This document shows, in pieces, positions 18,899-28,086 of a DNA stretch of 64,000 nt. The translations under genes and the position numbers were made by a program. The notes beneath the pieces were generated by a model. It ran no database searches. It was not told the DNA's origin and saw only the letters and a program-made list of their open reading frames with translations. Every line of letters begins with the position of its first letter. Positions within the stretch are counted from its first letter, which is position 1. Origin of the DNA: a virus; IMG/VR virus record IMGVR_UViG_3300032061_000001, positions 1-64,000 of that record; one strand, 5' to 3'.

Positions 18899-19591
18899 TC
18901 AAAAGGATAACTGATTTTGAGCTTGTTTCAATCTTTTCCCTGAAAATTCAAAAAATTGATTTTCTTTTTCAATTCCTGTAAATTTTCTATTAAATCGAAT
19001 GGCGGCTTCACCTGTTGTTCCGGAACCCATAAAAGGGTCAAGTATTGATTCTCCTTCTTTGGTATAGTTTGCTATTATCAATTCCATGAGAGGCAGAGGC
19101 TTTTGATTCGGATGAACTCGTTTTTCTTTAAACCTCATATTCCCCTGTAACATACCATTCCATCGATATTTAAATATTCTTACAGCAGTTTTAAAAGAGG
19201 TCCATGCTAGTTCACAATCTGCAAAATCAGAGTCTCCATTTTCTTTATCCCAGACAATCCAACAACTGGAAGCATATAAAAGATCAGCAAAATAATTGCC
19301 ACCGAATATTATTTGATTTTTGGAAACCCTTAACATTTCATCAAAATAAATTGGTTCTGGTCTTTTATCGTCCCATGTCATATTTCCAAAATCCGTTGAT
19401 GGTACACCTACTCCTGTCGTATTTCTTGTTTCTTTCCATTTGTTAGAATCGGCAGTGCTTCCTCTTGTTTTATTTTTACCCGCGGCTTCTCCTATCCCGT
19501 AAGGAGGGTCAGTCACGACATAATCAAATTGATTATCTTTGAATTGTTTTAGATAATCCAAGCAGTCACCTTGATATATTTCTATTGACAT
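18899..19591 (-). CDS. orphan DNA adenine methyltransferase (beta class)
   Basis: TDPPYG, HPNQKP, DPFMGSGTT. Confidence 0.92.
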   Translation of the reverse strand: MSIEIYQGDCLDYLKQFKDNQFDYVVTDPPYGIGEAAGKNKTRGSTADSNKWKETRNTTGVGVPSTDFGNMTWDDKRPEPIYFDEMLRVSKNQIIFGGNYFADLLYASSCWIVWDKENGDSDFADCELAWTSFKTAVRIFKYRWNGMLQGNMRFKEKRVHPNQKPLPLMELIIANYTKEGESILDPFMGSGTTGEAAIRFNRKFTGIEKENQFFEFSGKRLKQAQNQLSF

Positions 19592-19593
19592 AA

Positions 19594-19992
19594 CTAATCC
19601 TTCCTTGTCGGATCGTCAGACTGGAAATTTTTCTTCAGTCGCTCAATGATTGTTTTTAATTTTTCTGGCATTTCTGCCGTTTCTGTTCCTTCTTCTTCTC
19701 GGTTGGACTTTAGTTTTTCTGTTCTCTTTCTGCTTGCTTTGGCGTCTTTGCATGCCGTTTTTATTTCGTTGAACTTCAGTGGATACGTTGTATCCCTGTC
19801 TTCAAGTGATTTTAGACAAGATCTTAGATCTTCGTTGGAATATGCGCTTAAATCTTCCAGGAAATTAAACAGAATGTAGTCTGTCAGAGGAAAGGCATAA
19901 TAAGCATTTAGCTTCACGATAAAATCGTGCATTTCTTGACATCTGTCTTTCCCGTATAGTTTGGCAGCTGTTTTTTTATCCGTGGTCGTCAC
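19594..19992 (-). CDS. putative helicase loader / replication accessory protein
   Basis: Position directly after the initiator; helical; weak motif evidence. Confidence 0.4.
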   Translation of the reverse strand: MTTTDKKTAAKLYGKDRCQEMHDFIVKLNAYYAFPLTDYILFNFLEDLSAYSNEDLRSCLKSLEDRDTTYPLKFNEIKTACKDAKASRKRTEKLKSNREEEGTETAEMPEKLKTIIERLKKNFQSDDPTRKD

Positions 19993-20984
19993 TTGAATTC
20001 CTCTGGCATTTCATAAAGCGGATTGCTGTACATTGTCGAATTTTTGATATCGCTCTCTTCGAGTTGCAATAGTTTACTCTTATGATCAGGGTTTAGGAGA
20101 TATTTTACATTCAAAAGCTCTTTTTCGAAATCTTTTTTGACTGCCCCTTGAATCATTTTCAATAAGTCATCTTTCGTCAGAAAATATCGATTATCTGGGA
20201 ATAGCCAATGCTCAATCAGTAGATCTATTTCACGTCTTTCCGGGGGGAGTTTTGAGTTCGGATTTTTTGCTTTTCTCATGCACCCGATCACTTCAACTGC
20301 ATCTTTTTCAAGATCCGGTTCTGGATATTCCAAGAGATATTGGTCGATTCTTATCATTCCATCTCTTAGTTTTTCTAATAAAAGTATTTTCCTATCCGGG
20401 ACTTCGATACCCGAATCTTCATTGGGATCATTTTCAGATTCATCTGTTACTTTACTTTCCTTTACTTTACTTTCCTTTACTTTACTTTGTGTACCAGCGT
20501 TAACATTTTCTTCATTATTGTTAACATTTTCTTCTTCAATGTGCACATTTAACAATGAAATGGTTACTGTTGTATATTTCTTATTGTATTTTGGTAATAC
20601 ATCAATCAAAATGTATTCCTTTATAAAATTCACCTTTTTTCTTCTTTCTGTCCCTGAACAATAGTTGTTTTGCGATCTTATGGATGTTAAGATCGAAAAT
20701 TTATCAAATAGTTCTTTATCGAACAGACCATACTTAATGCAATCATTTAAGATTGAGATGTATACATTTAAATCTAAATTGTTATCATGACAAAATAAAA
20801 GATTGAAGTCTTCGTCAATCCTCAAAAAATAACCATCTTCGCGGTAAAGCTCCTCTAAAAGCATATTAAATACCGCATACCCTACTACGCCATGCTTTGC
20901 CATCAATAGCTTTGTTTTTTTATCAGATCTCATATCGACATCATGGCTATAGTAATCAATTCCAGGCTTTGTTTCCCGAGACAT
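19989..20984 (-). CDS. DUF4373-family replication initiator
   Basis: GIDYYSHDVDM.SDKK..G..GYAVF..LLEELYREDGYF; ILTS..Q; QSKVKESKVKESK linker. Confidence 0.8.
   Translation of the reverse strand: MSRETKPGIDYYSHDVDMRSDKKTKLLMAKHGVVGYAVFNMLLEELYREDGYFLRIDEDFNLLFCHDNNLDLNVYISILNDCIKYGLFDKELFDKFSILTSIRSQNNYCSGTERRKKVNFIKEYILIDVLPKYNKKYTTVTISLLNVHIEEENVNNNEENVNAGTQSKVKESKVKESKVTDESENDPNEDSGIEVPDRKILLLEKLRDGMIRIDQYLLEYPEPDLEKDAVEVIGCMRKAKNPNSKLPPERREIDLLIEHWLFPDNRYFLTKDDLLKMIQGAVKKDFEKELLNVKYLLNPDHKSKLLQLEESDIKNSTMYSNPLYEMPEEFK
20445..20550. repeat. intragenic repeats in the initiator (candidate origin iterons)
   Basis: ttaacattttcttc twice (20500, 20521) plus tttactttcctttac repeats. Confidence 0.5.
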
Positions 20985-21009
20985 AGCAATTCATCTTCTG
21001 AAAAGATTA

Positions 21010-21207
21010 TCAATCAGCCAAATAGTTGTTAATGGCTTCTCTTAATTCGTGAGACATAACAGTTAATTCCTGACCTTTAGCCTGTTTGTAAAGGGTGTTA
21101 TAGCTAAGCTTGCATCCAGACAGATAGTTCCTATGAAACCATGCAAAACTTCTATCTTTCTCTTTTATTTTGGACCAGAATTCTTCTCTCTTCTTTGCAT
21201 CATTCAT
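21010..21207 (-). CDS. small putative HTH protein
   Basis: Cro-like size and helical pattern; low certainty. Confidence 0.4.
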   Translation of the reverse strand: MNDAKKREEFWSKIKEKDRSFAWFHRNYLSGCKLSYNTLYKQAKGQELTVMSHELREAINNYLAD

Positions 21208-21322
21208 AATATATTTTATTATTATACTGTTAACAAAAAGTCAAATGTCTATAAAAAATAAATAGCACAATCACTGCCATCTATTATATCGTAGATGATT
21301 ACAGACAGTTTTCCATTTTAAA

Positions 21323-21380
21323 TATTAGCTAATTATTAGCTAATTATTAGCTAACTATTAACCAATAATTGCCTAATATT
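21323..21380. repeat. five tandem 11-bp units, the best ones containing palindrome ATTAGCTAAT
   Basis: tattagctaat tattagctaat tattagctaac tattaaccaat aattgcctaat. Confidence 0.8.
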
Positions 21381-21851
21381 TAAACTCAGTTCAACGAGCC
21401 GATCAGGCAATATTACTCGATACATAGAAATATCCCTTTTTAAGTTTTCTGATTTTTCGATTAATTGTTCGATGGCGGGTTGATTGTATTCCCAATACTG
21501 ATCCCAGAAATGAGATCTTTTCATAGCATGGTAATCGTTCAAAATGGACCGGATTACGACTTTTGGGTTCCCGATCTTGTTGTACCTCAATCTATTTTTC
21601 ATCCAAATTAGGTGGTATTTTGAATCGAATTCAACGTTCTTTTTCAATTCTTCTTGAATCATTCGTTTGACTTCCGCTCTTTCGATCCCGGTACCATCTT
21701 CGATTGATTTGTAGGTATAGGGATAAATACCGCTTTCGGTTACCGCTTTGTTTGTGAGCAAATGAATAAAAATCAGCTTACCTTCCGGGGTGAATTCTTG
21801 AAAATCTGGGTCATCCCATATACAGACATGGATAGGTCTTTGTTTCGCCAT
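21351..21851 (-). CDS. replisome-organiser-like N-terminal wHTH protein
   Basis: RPIHVCIWDDPDFQEFTPEGKLIFIHLLTN..SGIY. Confidence 0.7.
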   Translation of the reverse strand: MAKQRPIHVCIWDDPDFQEFTPEGKLIFIHLLTNKAVTESGIYPYTYKSIEDGTGIERAEVKRMIQEELKKNVEFDSKYHLIWMKNRLRYNKIGNPKVVIRSILNDYHAMKRSHFWDQYWEYNQPAIEQLIEKSENLKRDISMYRVILPDRLVELSLNIRQLLVNS

Positions 21852-22577
21852 CTAAATGACCTTTTCATTGAAATAATCGCGCAGTCTTTTCTCAATATAA
21901 ATCTGCCCCTTCCCTGTTACCAAAACTTTGGTGGCTACTCTATCTTTTCCCTTGCTATCGGTATAAGAATATTCTTCGATTTCAAACCATTTATTATCGA
22001 GAGCATATTGATAAGGTTTTTGTGTATTGATCAGGAGATTTAATCCGTTTTTATCTTTAAGGATTTTGAATAACCTATTTCTCCCAATCTCAATTCCTTT
22101 TTTGCATAATACATTTGATAGCGTACCGACTTCTATCGTATCGTCCGATCGCTCAATATTCTCTGCGAATTCTACTTTTGGTTTCTGTTGTTCGATTATT
22201 TTTGCTTGATCAGCGGCAAGTTGAAGCGCCTCCGCGTAGGTTTGAGGAATTTTTGGCTGGTTTTTTGTCTTATAAAAAAAATATGAATCTGTTAACTTTT
22301 GTTTGAGATCGACTGCTTTCTCACTATTTCTGGATAATGTTACCAAGAATGTGGCTTGTTGTTCATTTAAAAAACAAACAGTCATGTTCTGGCAACTTTC
22401 TGTATTTAAAGAAGGTGCCGTTTTAAACGCTACCTTTCCATATCGTAAAAACCGTTCTTCATATTTCCTAATAACCTCAAGAGTATTCTTGTGTTCAACA
22501 TTAAGTTCTTGAGAAATTAAACGAGAATCAACTCTAAATTCTCCGTCTATATTCACTAAATTTAATAGTTCACCCAT
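21852..22577 (-). CDS. Rha-family regulator fused to antirepressor KilAC (ANT) domain
   Basis: VDSRLISQELNVEHKN..LNEQQATFLVT; IPQTYAEALQLAAD..PKVEF..IGRNRLF..VTGKGQIYI. Confidence 0.9.
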   Translation of the reverse strand: MGELLNLVNIDGEFRVDSRLISQELNVEHKNTLEVIRKYEERFLRYGKVAFKTAPSLNTESCQNMTVCFLNEQQATFLVTLSRNSEKAVDLKQKLTDSYFFYKTKNQPKIPQTYAEALQLAADQAKIIEQQKPKVEFAENIERSDDTIEVGTLSNVLCKKGIEIGRNRLFKILKDKNGLNLLINTQKPYQYALDNKWFEIEEYSYTDSKGKDRVATKVLVTGKGQIYIEKRLRDYFNEKVI

Positions 22578-22584
22578 ATTAACT

Positions 22585-22794
22585 TTATTTTTCTAGGTTT
22601 GCGGAGATACCTTCCGGATTAATTTGTTTTGTTTTTGGAATGACAATAGATTCACTCTTTGCAATTGATTCTTCTAGTTCAAAACAAATAAGCATGTGCT
22701 CAGAGACACTTCTATCAAGACTTTGCGCTCGTTTTTGGATACGTTCTTTCCGTAGTGTTGATAATCTGATATGGATTTGATCGTCTTTTGGCAT
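22585..22794 (-). CDS. ribbon-helix-helix DNA-binding protein
   Basis: MPKDDQIHIRLS..KERIQKRAQSLDRSVSEHM; imperfect palindrome ATGTGTAC-N4-GTTCACAT just upstream. Confidence 0.65.
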   Translation of the reverse strand: MPKDDQIHIRLSTLRKERIQKRAQSLDRSVSEHMLICFELEESIAKSESIVIPKTKQINPEGISANLEK

Positions 22795-22828
22795 GGGTAG
22801 TGTATAATATGTGTACTTGTGTTCACAT

Positions 22829-22907
22829 AAAAAAACAGCACTAAGGCTGTCGGTAGCCAACCAGTTGGAAAAGGAGAAAAGAACCAGTCGGCTACCAGGG
22901 AACGAAT
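22829..22907 (-). ncRNA. candidate small RNA: 15-bp hairpin with CU-rich anti-SD loop plus intrinsic terminator
   Basis: GGTAGCCGACTGGTT/AACTGGTTGGCTACC stem (G-U pairs only on the minus strand), loop CTTTTCTCCTTTTCC, terminator ACAGC-N6-GCTGT-T6. Confidence 0.6.
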
Positions 22908-22913
22908 GTTACT

Positions 22914-22955
22914 AGACTATCAAATCGGAAATTTATGTCAACTGTTTTAACAGTT
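22914..22955 (-). promoter_or_regulatory. sigma70 promoter with adjacent inverted repeat AACTGTT-TT-AACAGTT
   Basis: TTGACA (22941-22936)-16nt-TAGTCT; inverted repeat 22940-22955. Confidence 0.55.
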
Positions 22956-22979
22956 ATATACAATATGTTTTTTAATCCT

Positions 22980-23183
22980 TTACAATCCTTCAGTAAAGAA
23001 ATCGTTGGCGGCATATTCTGGAGACTGGATAAATTGCTTGAACATATCTTCAGTCAAAACAACTTTTGTGATTTTACCGCCTGATTTCAGAAAATCTTCA
23101 ACCGCTTCCGCGATGAAAGAATGATCCGGTTTAAATTTCGATCTGTCTTTCTTTCTTCTTTTTGCGAACATATTCTTATTCAT
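22980..23183 (-). CDS. small SutA-like putative RNA-polymerase-binding protein
   Basis: IAEAVEDFLKSGGKITKV; start revised to the ATG after AAAAGGAGA. Confidence 0.55.
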   Translation of the reverse strand: MNKNMFAKRRKKDRSKFKPDHSFIAEAVEDFLKSGGKITKVVLTEDMFKQFIQSPEYAANDFFTEGL

Positions 23184-23204
23184 TTTCGTCTCCTTTTGAT
23201 TATT

Positions 23205-23234
23205 AAAAAGTGGCGACAACTGGTGCCGCCACTT
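23205..23234 (-). terminator. intrinsic terminator
   Basis: GTGGCGGCA-N5-TGTCGCCAC-TTTTT. Confidence 0.65.
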
Positions 23235-23426
23235 ACCTCAAATCTATTCTGTTTATCCAAATGACCATAAAAGGCTGCAGGCCCATATATTGGCCACAAC
23301 AATACGGTTCCCGCTGATCGGCATTTTTATGGTTTCGATATATTTTGTCCCGTCTCTTGCGGGAGGTAAACCTATCCAATCAAGCAGCCTTGTTGATGGA
23401 TAGGGGAAATAGGATAAATCCATTTT

Positions 23427-24347
23427 TTAAATATGACAGTCAAAAATAGTCAATAACGTTTCTTCTGGAAGCGGTTTTATTACATTATCATAAAATCCAA
23501 GCTCCCATAATACGGCTTCTTCATCCGACTCTCCAGATAACCCAAACCAACCCATCTCGCCCTTTTCGAACCATTTACCATTTTTCACATATGCCCACAC
23601 GGTAAAATTCGATTCGCATTCTGCAAATATTTTCGCGGTTTTATATCGATCCAAATAGAATTCTTTTTTATACCAGTCCCATTTTAGTTCTTCTACTTCC
23701 TCCTTATTAACGGGATGATCCCCATTAACTTTCATTTCCCAAAATCGTATCTCTTTGGAATATTTTTCTTTGGTTTGATGGCATTTAGACCAGTCAATTG
23801 AGAACTTAGTTGCTTGGTCAACTCGTGGCTGTGAGCATATATTTATAATTTCTTTCACTCCCCACCCCCACGAAAAATTTGGTGGTGATAATTTCGCAAC
23901 ATATTTGTATTTATCTTTCAATACTAGCCGCCCTGGATAACGACCCCCCAATTCATACCAATCCCATTTGGCGTTGGGATTAGCATGATATCCATATCGG
24001 CCGTTCTCGTTTCTTGTTTCACCATGATATGATTCAACAAATTCATCGAGCGACGCAAATCTGTTTTTATGATAAACATCGATTTTTGGGAGAAGTTCTT
24101 TCGGAATCTCGGTTTGATTTCTAAAAATACCTTCTTCTCCAGTTTTGGATTTAAACATTTCATCCCATGGATAAACCAATGACCCATCAGGGAGCCTAAT
24201 CATTTTACTAGACTCCCATTCATATTGACGCTCATATTCGTCGGTAATATCTATGAATTCTAGATATTTTTCTTGGCAATCTTCTTCAAAAGGTTCTAAT
24301 TGTTTCCGTGGATTTTCACCAATTACCAACACGCAGAAATGCGACAT
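23427..24347 (-). CDS. conserved hypothetical phage protein
   Basis: MSHFCVLVIG..NPNAKWDWY.LGGR..GKWFEKGEMGWFG..DCHI. Confidence 0.75.
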   Translation of the reverse strand: MSHFCVLVIGENPRKQLEPFEEDCQEKYLEFIDITDEYERQYEWESSKMIRLPDGSLVYPWDEMFKSKTGEEGIFRNQTEIPKELLPKIDVYHKNRFASLDEFVESYHGETRNENGRYGYHANPNAKWDWYELGGRYPGRLVLKDKYKYVAKLSPPNFSWGWGVKEIINICSQPRVDQATKFSIDWSKCHQTKEKYSKEIRFWEMKVNGDHPVNKEEVEELKWDWYKKEFYLDRYKTAKIFAECESNFTVWAYVKNGKWFEKGEMGWFGLSGESDEEAVLWELGFYDNVIKPLPEETLLTIFDCHI

Positions 24348-24359
24348 TTCGTCTCCTTT

Positions 24360-25952
24360 TTAAAATTCGTAATTAAGTATCTTGGAGGCAACTCCCGCCT
24401 CGTCAACAAAAATTCTCTTAGGATTTATCATCTTTGATCGGAATCCACCACCGAAGAAATTAAGGATATCGAAAGGAAGATCTTCCCCCAAGTGCATTTT
24501 TAGCCAGCCTATTCCTTCAGTATCAAACAGGATTTCCTTTGTAAACTTTTTTGTTCCGCAATAGTAATGAGCTACAATCGCTGATTTATTTTTTGATGGC
24601 GCGCAATGCAATCTTGTTACGTTAAACCACTGCGGTTCTGAAATAACGGATGCTTTCGCGGCATACGGATTGGTGTTTTCTTCCGCCTCTGAAATATAAC
24701 TTGGGAATGGCCAGCCGCAATATGGACAGATTTTCATTCTGGCATGGCAGGGCATTCCGCATCGTTCGCATTGTTTATGTGGTTTTTTGGATGCTTCTTT
24801 TTCGCCTTCTCCATCATCGTCCGGCTCAACTTGATCAACCGGGCCGTGCAACCCGATATTCCCAGCGAAGTCTAACACCAGGAACGTTGTTTTACCGATG
24901 GCAGGACAAAGGCGGAAACCACGTCCATACATCTGAACATAGCGTCCTTTTGAAAGTGTCGGCTTTATGTCAACGAGAGCCTTAATATTGGGACAATCGA
25001 AACCTTCCACAAACATATTCACGCTGATCAAAAACCGGATCTCCTGCTTCTCGAAAGCAGCAATCAACGTATCGTCATCCTCTTCTGATTTTGAGTGAAT
25101 GACGGCAACCGATTCTCCCCTGGATCTCAATTCTGAAGCGATATTCTCAGCGTGATTAATACTGACAGCAAACACAGCGATTGATTTCAATCCCTGGCAT
25201 TTGTCCAGTGTCTCCGTCATTTGGGTCTTGATCAGACTGCTGACATTGACCTTTTTATCCAGATCAGCATCGACATATTCTTTGTTCTTGATCCGAACAC
25301 CGGTTTTATCGATCCTGTTTTCTTTATCGATTCCTGGAGTGATTGGTCTGGCCAGATAACCCTGGGCCATCAATTCTTTGGTATTGGCCTTATAAACTAG
25401 GTCATCGAAGAGAAGATCACTTGACGGTCCGTAAATCAAACCAGAATTCATCCGGAAGGGAGTAGCTGTTAGACCACATACCCGCATGTTCGGATTGAGA
25501 TCCAGCATATCTTTTATAAATCGTTTATACTGCACAGAGGTCTTGAGGTTCACCCGCTGTGCTTCATCGATGATAAGGAAATTTACTGGGCCAATCTCTT
25601 TGGCGCTTTTGAAAATGCTCTGAATCCCGGCGAAAATAACTTGCTGTTTGGTATCCCGTCTCCCTAATCCTTCCGAGTTTATCCCGAATAGTGCTTTCCC
25701 TTCAGGCCACAACCTGCATGTCGAATCGTAATCTTGCTGGACAAGTTTTTTAGAATGGGTTACCAGCATTACCCTGGCTTTTAATTCCCCGGCATATCGT
25801 TTAATCTGATCCGCCATGACATACGATTTCCCGGAAGCAGTAGGCATGACGATAACACCGTTCCCCTTTTTGTTTTTCTTGAGATATTTATCATATGCCT
25901 TAACTGCTTCATTTTGAAAATATCTCAAGGTGATTAATGATTCAGCTCCCAT
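24360..25952 (-). CDS. SF2 DEAD/H helicase (RadD/YejH-like) with Zn finger
   Basis: LRYFQNEA, PTASGKS, DEAQ, GLTATP, EGFDCP, QMYGRGFR, CERC..CPYC. Confidence 0.92.
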   Translation of the reverse strand: MGAESLITLRYFQNEAVKAYDKYLKKNKKGNGVIVMPTASGKSYVMADQIKRYAGELKARVMLVTHSKKLVQQDYDSTCRLWPEGKALFGINSEGLGRRDTKQQVIFAGIQSIFKSAKEIGPVNFLIIDEAQRVNLKTSVQYKRFIKDMLDLNPNMRVCGLTATPFRMNSGLIYGPSSDLLFDDLVYKANTKELMAQGYLARPITPGIDKENRIDKTGVRIKNKEYVDADLDKKVNVSSLIKTQMTETLDKCQGLKSIAVFAVSINHAENIASELRSRGESVAVIHSKSEEDDDTLIAAFEKQEIRFLISVNMFVEGFDCPNIKALVDIKPTLSKGRYVQMYGRGFRLCPAIGKTTFLVLDFAGNIGLHGPVDQVEPDDDGEGEKEASKKPHKQCERCGMPCHARMKICPYCGWPFPSYISEAEENTNPYAAKASVISEPQWFNVTRLHCAPSKNKSAIVAHYYCGTKKFTKEILFDTEGIGWLKMHLGEDLPFDILNFFGGGFRSKMINPKRIFVDEAGVASKILNYEF

Positions 25953-25961
25953 AGCTCCTTT

Positions 25962-27725
25962 CTACCAGGTTATTTCTGATTTTTTGATAACTGGTTCTTT
26001 GACAGTTTCTACTGGTTTTTCTTCCGTTAGTCTTTTCGGAATGACACTTTTTACATTCCCAGCTTCAATCAACACGGCTCCAGGTTCTTCTGTCGTGATC
26101 GTTTCAAGTATTACAGTATAGCCATGTTCTTCTGCAACTTCAAAAATAACATGCTGACTTTTCATGCTCAACGCATGTCCCTGACGGACAACGATAACAT
26201 TTAATGGACCGGTATTACCAGCTATTAGGATATTCGTACAGATCCGCATTTGCTCACCCTCTGATCTGTCCAATATCGTCTGCTTTCCTCTCCCATCCCC
26301 GGAATCATACCAGACCGTATTTTCATCAATCGTCAGTCCTTCCATTGGGAATTTTACACCAGACCCGGCTTTAGATTTTGCCTTCTGATTGGTATCTCGT
26401 TTTGCATCAATGTTTTTTATGGACTGCCTAACTAGCGCAATCCCTTTTTCTGATGCTATGTATTTCTCGCGGTTTTTTACCTGCTCATTGTCGCGTTCAA
26501 TGTTTGTCATCCGCTCTTGAACTGAGGCGAGTTGTCTTTTCAGATACTCAGAAAGATTTTCATCTGGTTCTTGAATCGGTAATTGATACTTGAAGAAGAC
26601 TTCACTTGCTTTCCCCATATTTGTTTTATGAGAATGTTCGGCAAATGTTTTCTCGGATGTTTTCTTTGTAATCAACTCATTTTTTATTATCAGCTCATTT
26701 TGAGCATTCGCGAGACGTTCGGTATCTCGTTCTATTTCTCTTTCCTTTGCCTGAATAGACTCTTTCTTTTCCTGTTCTCTCTTCTCATGAACTCGGAATA
26801 GAGAAAGCTCTTCGGTGAGCTTCCGGATCTTGTCTTCAATATCAGTAGTTCCTGTCCAGATAACCGGTTTGTTTATTTCTCTGAAAGTTTCGAGATTGGA
26901 TTTTTCTTCATCTAAAAGTTCTTGACGGTTTGAAATGGACTCTGCAAGGGCATCACGATCTTGAATCGACTCGTTGATTGCGGATTCAATTTGTATAAGT
27001 TCCTTCTTTGATTGAATCAACTCTGATTGTACTGCCGTTAAGTCCTGCAATTGTTTTGAGATTGCCGCAGGATCGACAAATTCTTTTGCCCAATCATCTT
27101 GCGGAACATCAAGAGACGCGAACTCCCCTAATTGGCGTTTCAGTTCGATGTTCTCGGCTTGTTTTTGCGCGAAGAGTTCTTGTTCAAGCAGGATGTACGG
27201 TTTGAAATCTACGCCGACCATTGCCGCTACTTTTTCTGCCAGATTTCTGTCTCCATGCGGGTCTTCGAGTGTTTTCGCGAGATCAACCGGGTCAATGAAA
27301 AGACCCAATAGATTTTTGATCTTTTCTCTTGAAGGAGTTTTATCGACTTCCCCGGTAATGGCATCCGTGAGGGTCATATTGACGGTTCCTTTTTCGGTCT
27401 CACTGAAGTTTACATAGAATTTATCAATTGTTTTTCCGTTTAGTTCAATCACTCCTTTATCACATTCGATACCGAGTTGAACTTTTGCTTTTTTAATGGC
27501 TTCTGTCGAATAAGGGCCGACCAGATTATTGTATTTGATCGGTATCTTTTTCTTATCCAAGGCGGCATAGATGGCAAGAATAACGGCGGTTTTACCGGCT
27601 CCATTTTCACCATAGACGGTGAGCGGTTTTCCTTTCTCGAATTTGTACGCGAATACTTCTATCCCTTTAAGATTGTGGATTACCATCTCAAAGATTGTTG
27701 CATTTAATTTATTCTGTGTTTGCAT
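25962..27725 (-). CDS. SMC/Rad50-like coiled-coil ATPase
   Basis: Walker A GENGAGKT, long coiled coil, signature-like RSEGEQ. Confidence 0.8.
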   Translation of the reverse strand: MQTQNKLNATIFEMVIHNLKGIEVFAYKFEKGKPLTVYGENGAGKTAVILAIYAALDKKKIPIKYNNLVGPYSTEAIKKAKVQLGIECDKGVIELNGKTIDKFYVNFSETEKGTVNMTLTDAITGEVDKTPSREKIKNLLGLFIDPVDLAKTLEDPHGDRNLAEKVAAMVGVDFKPYILLEQELFAQKQAENIELKRQLGEFASLDVPQDDWAKEFVDPAAISKQLQDLTAVQSELIQSKKELIQIESAINESIQDRDALAESISNRQELLDEEKSNLETFREINKPVIWTGTTDIEDKIRKLTEELSLFRVHEKREQEKKESIQAKEREIERDTERLANAQNELIIKNELITKKTSEKTFAEHSHKTNMGKASEVFFKYQLPIQEPDENLSEYLKRQLASVQERMTNIERDNEQVKNREKYIASEKGIALVRQSIKNIDAKRDTNQKAKSKAGSGVKFPMEGLTIDENTVWYDSGDGRGKQTILDRSEGEQMRICTNILIAGNTGPLNVIVVRQGHALSMKSQHVIFEVAEEHGYTVILETITTEEPGAVLIEAGNVKSVIPKRLTEEKPVETVKEPVIKKSEITW

Positions 27726-27753
27726 CTTTCTCCTTTTGCTTATGTTTTAATTG

Positions 27754-27840
27754 GTCCCCACGAGATCATTTTCATGATTCTTTCCTTTCGGTTTTGTATC
27801 TCTAACTATAGAGTCATGGATATTTTGATGGGTAGTGGAC
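27754..27840 (-). ncRNA. candidate structured RNA upstream of the SMC-like gene
   Basis: Nested stems GTCC-A-CTAC/GTGGGGAC, CATGA/TCATG, CTCTA/TAGAG, CC-GAAA-GG. Confidence 0.3.
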
Positions 27841-27848
27841 AGGATTTT

Positions 27849-28067
27849 TTACCAATCACCGCCATCATTTGAAATATCAATGGTAGTAATGACATAATTT
27901 GGATCAACCCCACCACTATTCGTATTCATTTGTTCTTGATTATGTCCATGTTTCATGACACATAGAGTACCGCTTGCAGAATAAAGCCATAAGCTTTTGG
28001 GCCATATCTTAGCCACCCTTTTTAACGCTTTGATGGCTTTTTCTTCTTCCCTGGATAATTCAATCAT
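27849..28067 (-). CDS. conserved small phage protein
   Basis: AIKALKRVAKIWPKSLWL..GG.DP..NDGGDW. Confidence 0.6.
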   Translation of the reverse strand: MIELSREEEKAIKALKRVAKIWPKSLWLYSASGTLCVMKHGHNQEQMNTNSGGVDPNYVITTIDISNDGGDW

Positions 28068-28086
28068 AACTTTTCTATTAAATGAT

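Noticed and set aside
16114-19591. Restriction-modification system
   Set aside because: No adjacent restriction endonuclease; both MTases look like ordinary orphan phage enzymes
20445-20490. SKVKE tandem repeat as a novel element
   Set aside because: Common linker in DUF4373-type initiators
21323-21380. Mini CRISPR array
   Set aside because: Units are 11 bp and contiguous with no spacers; no cas genes
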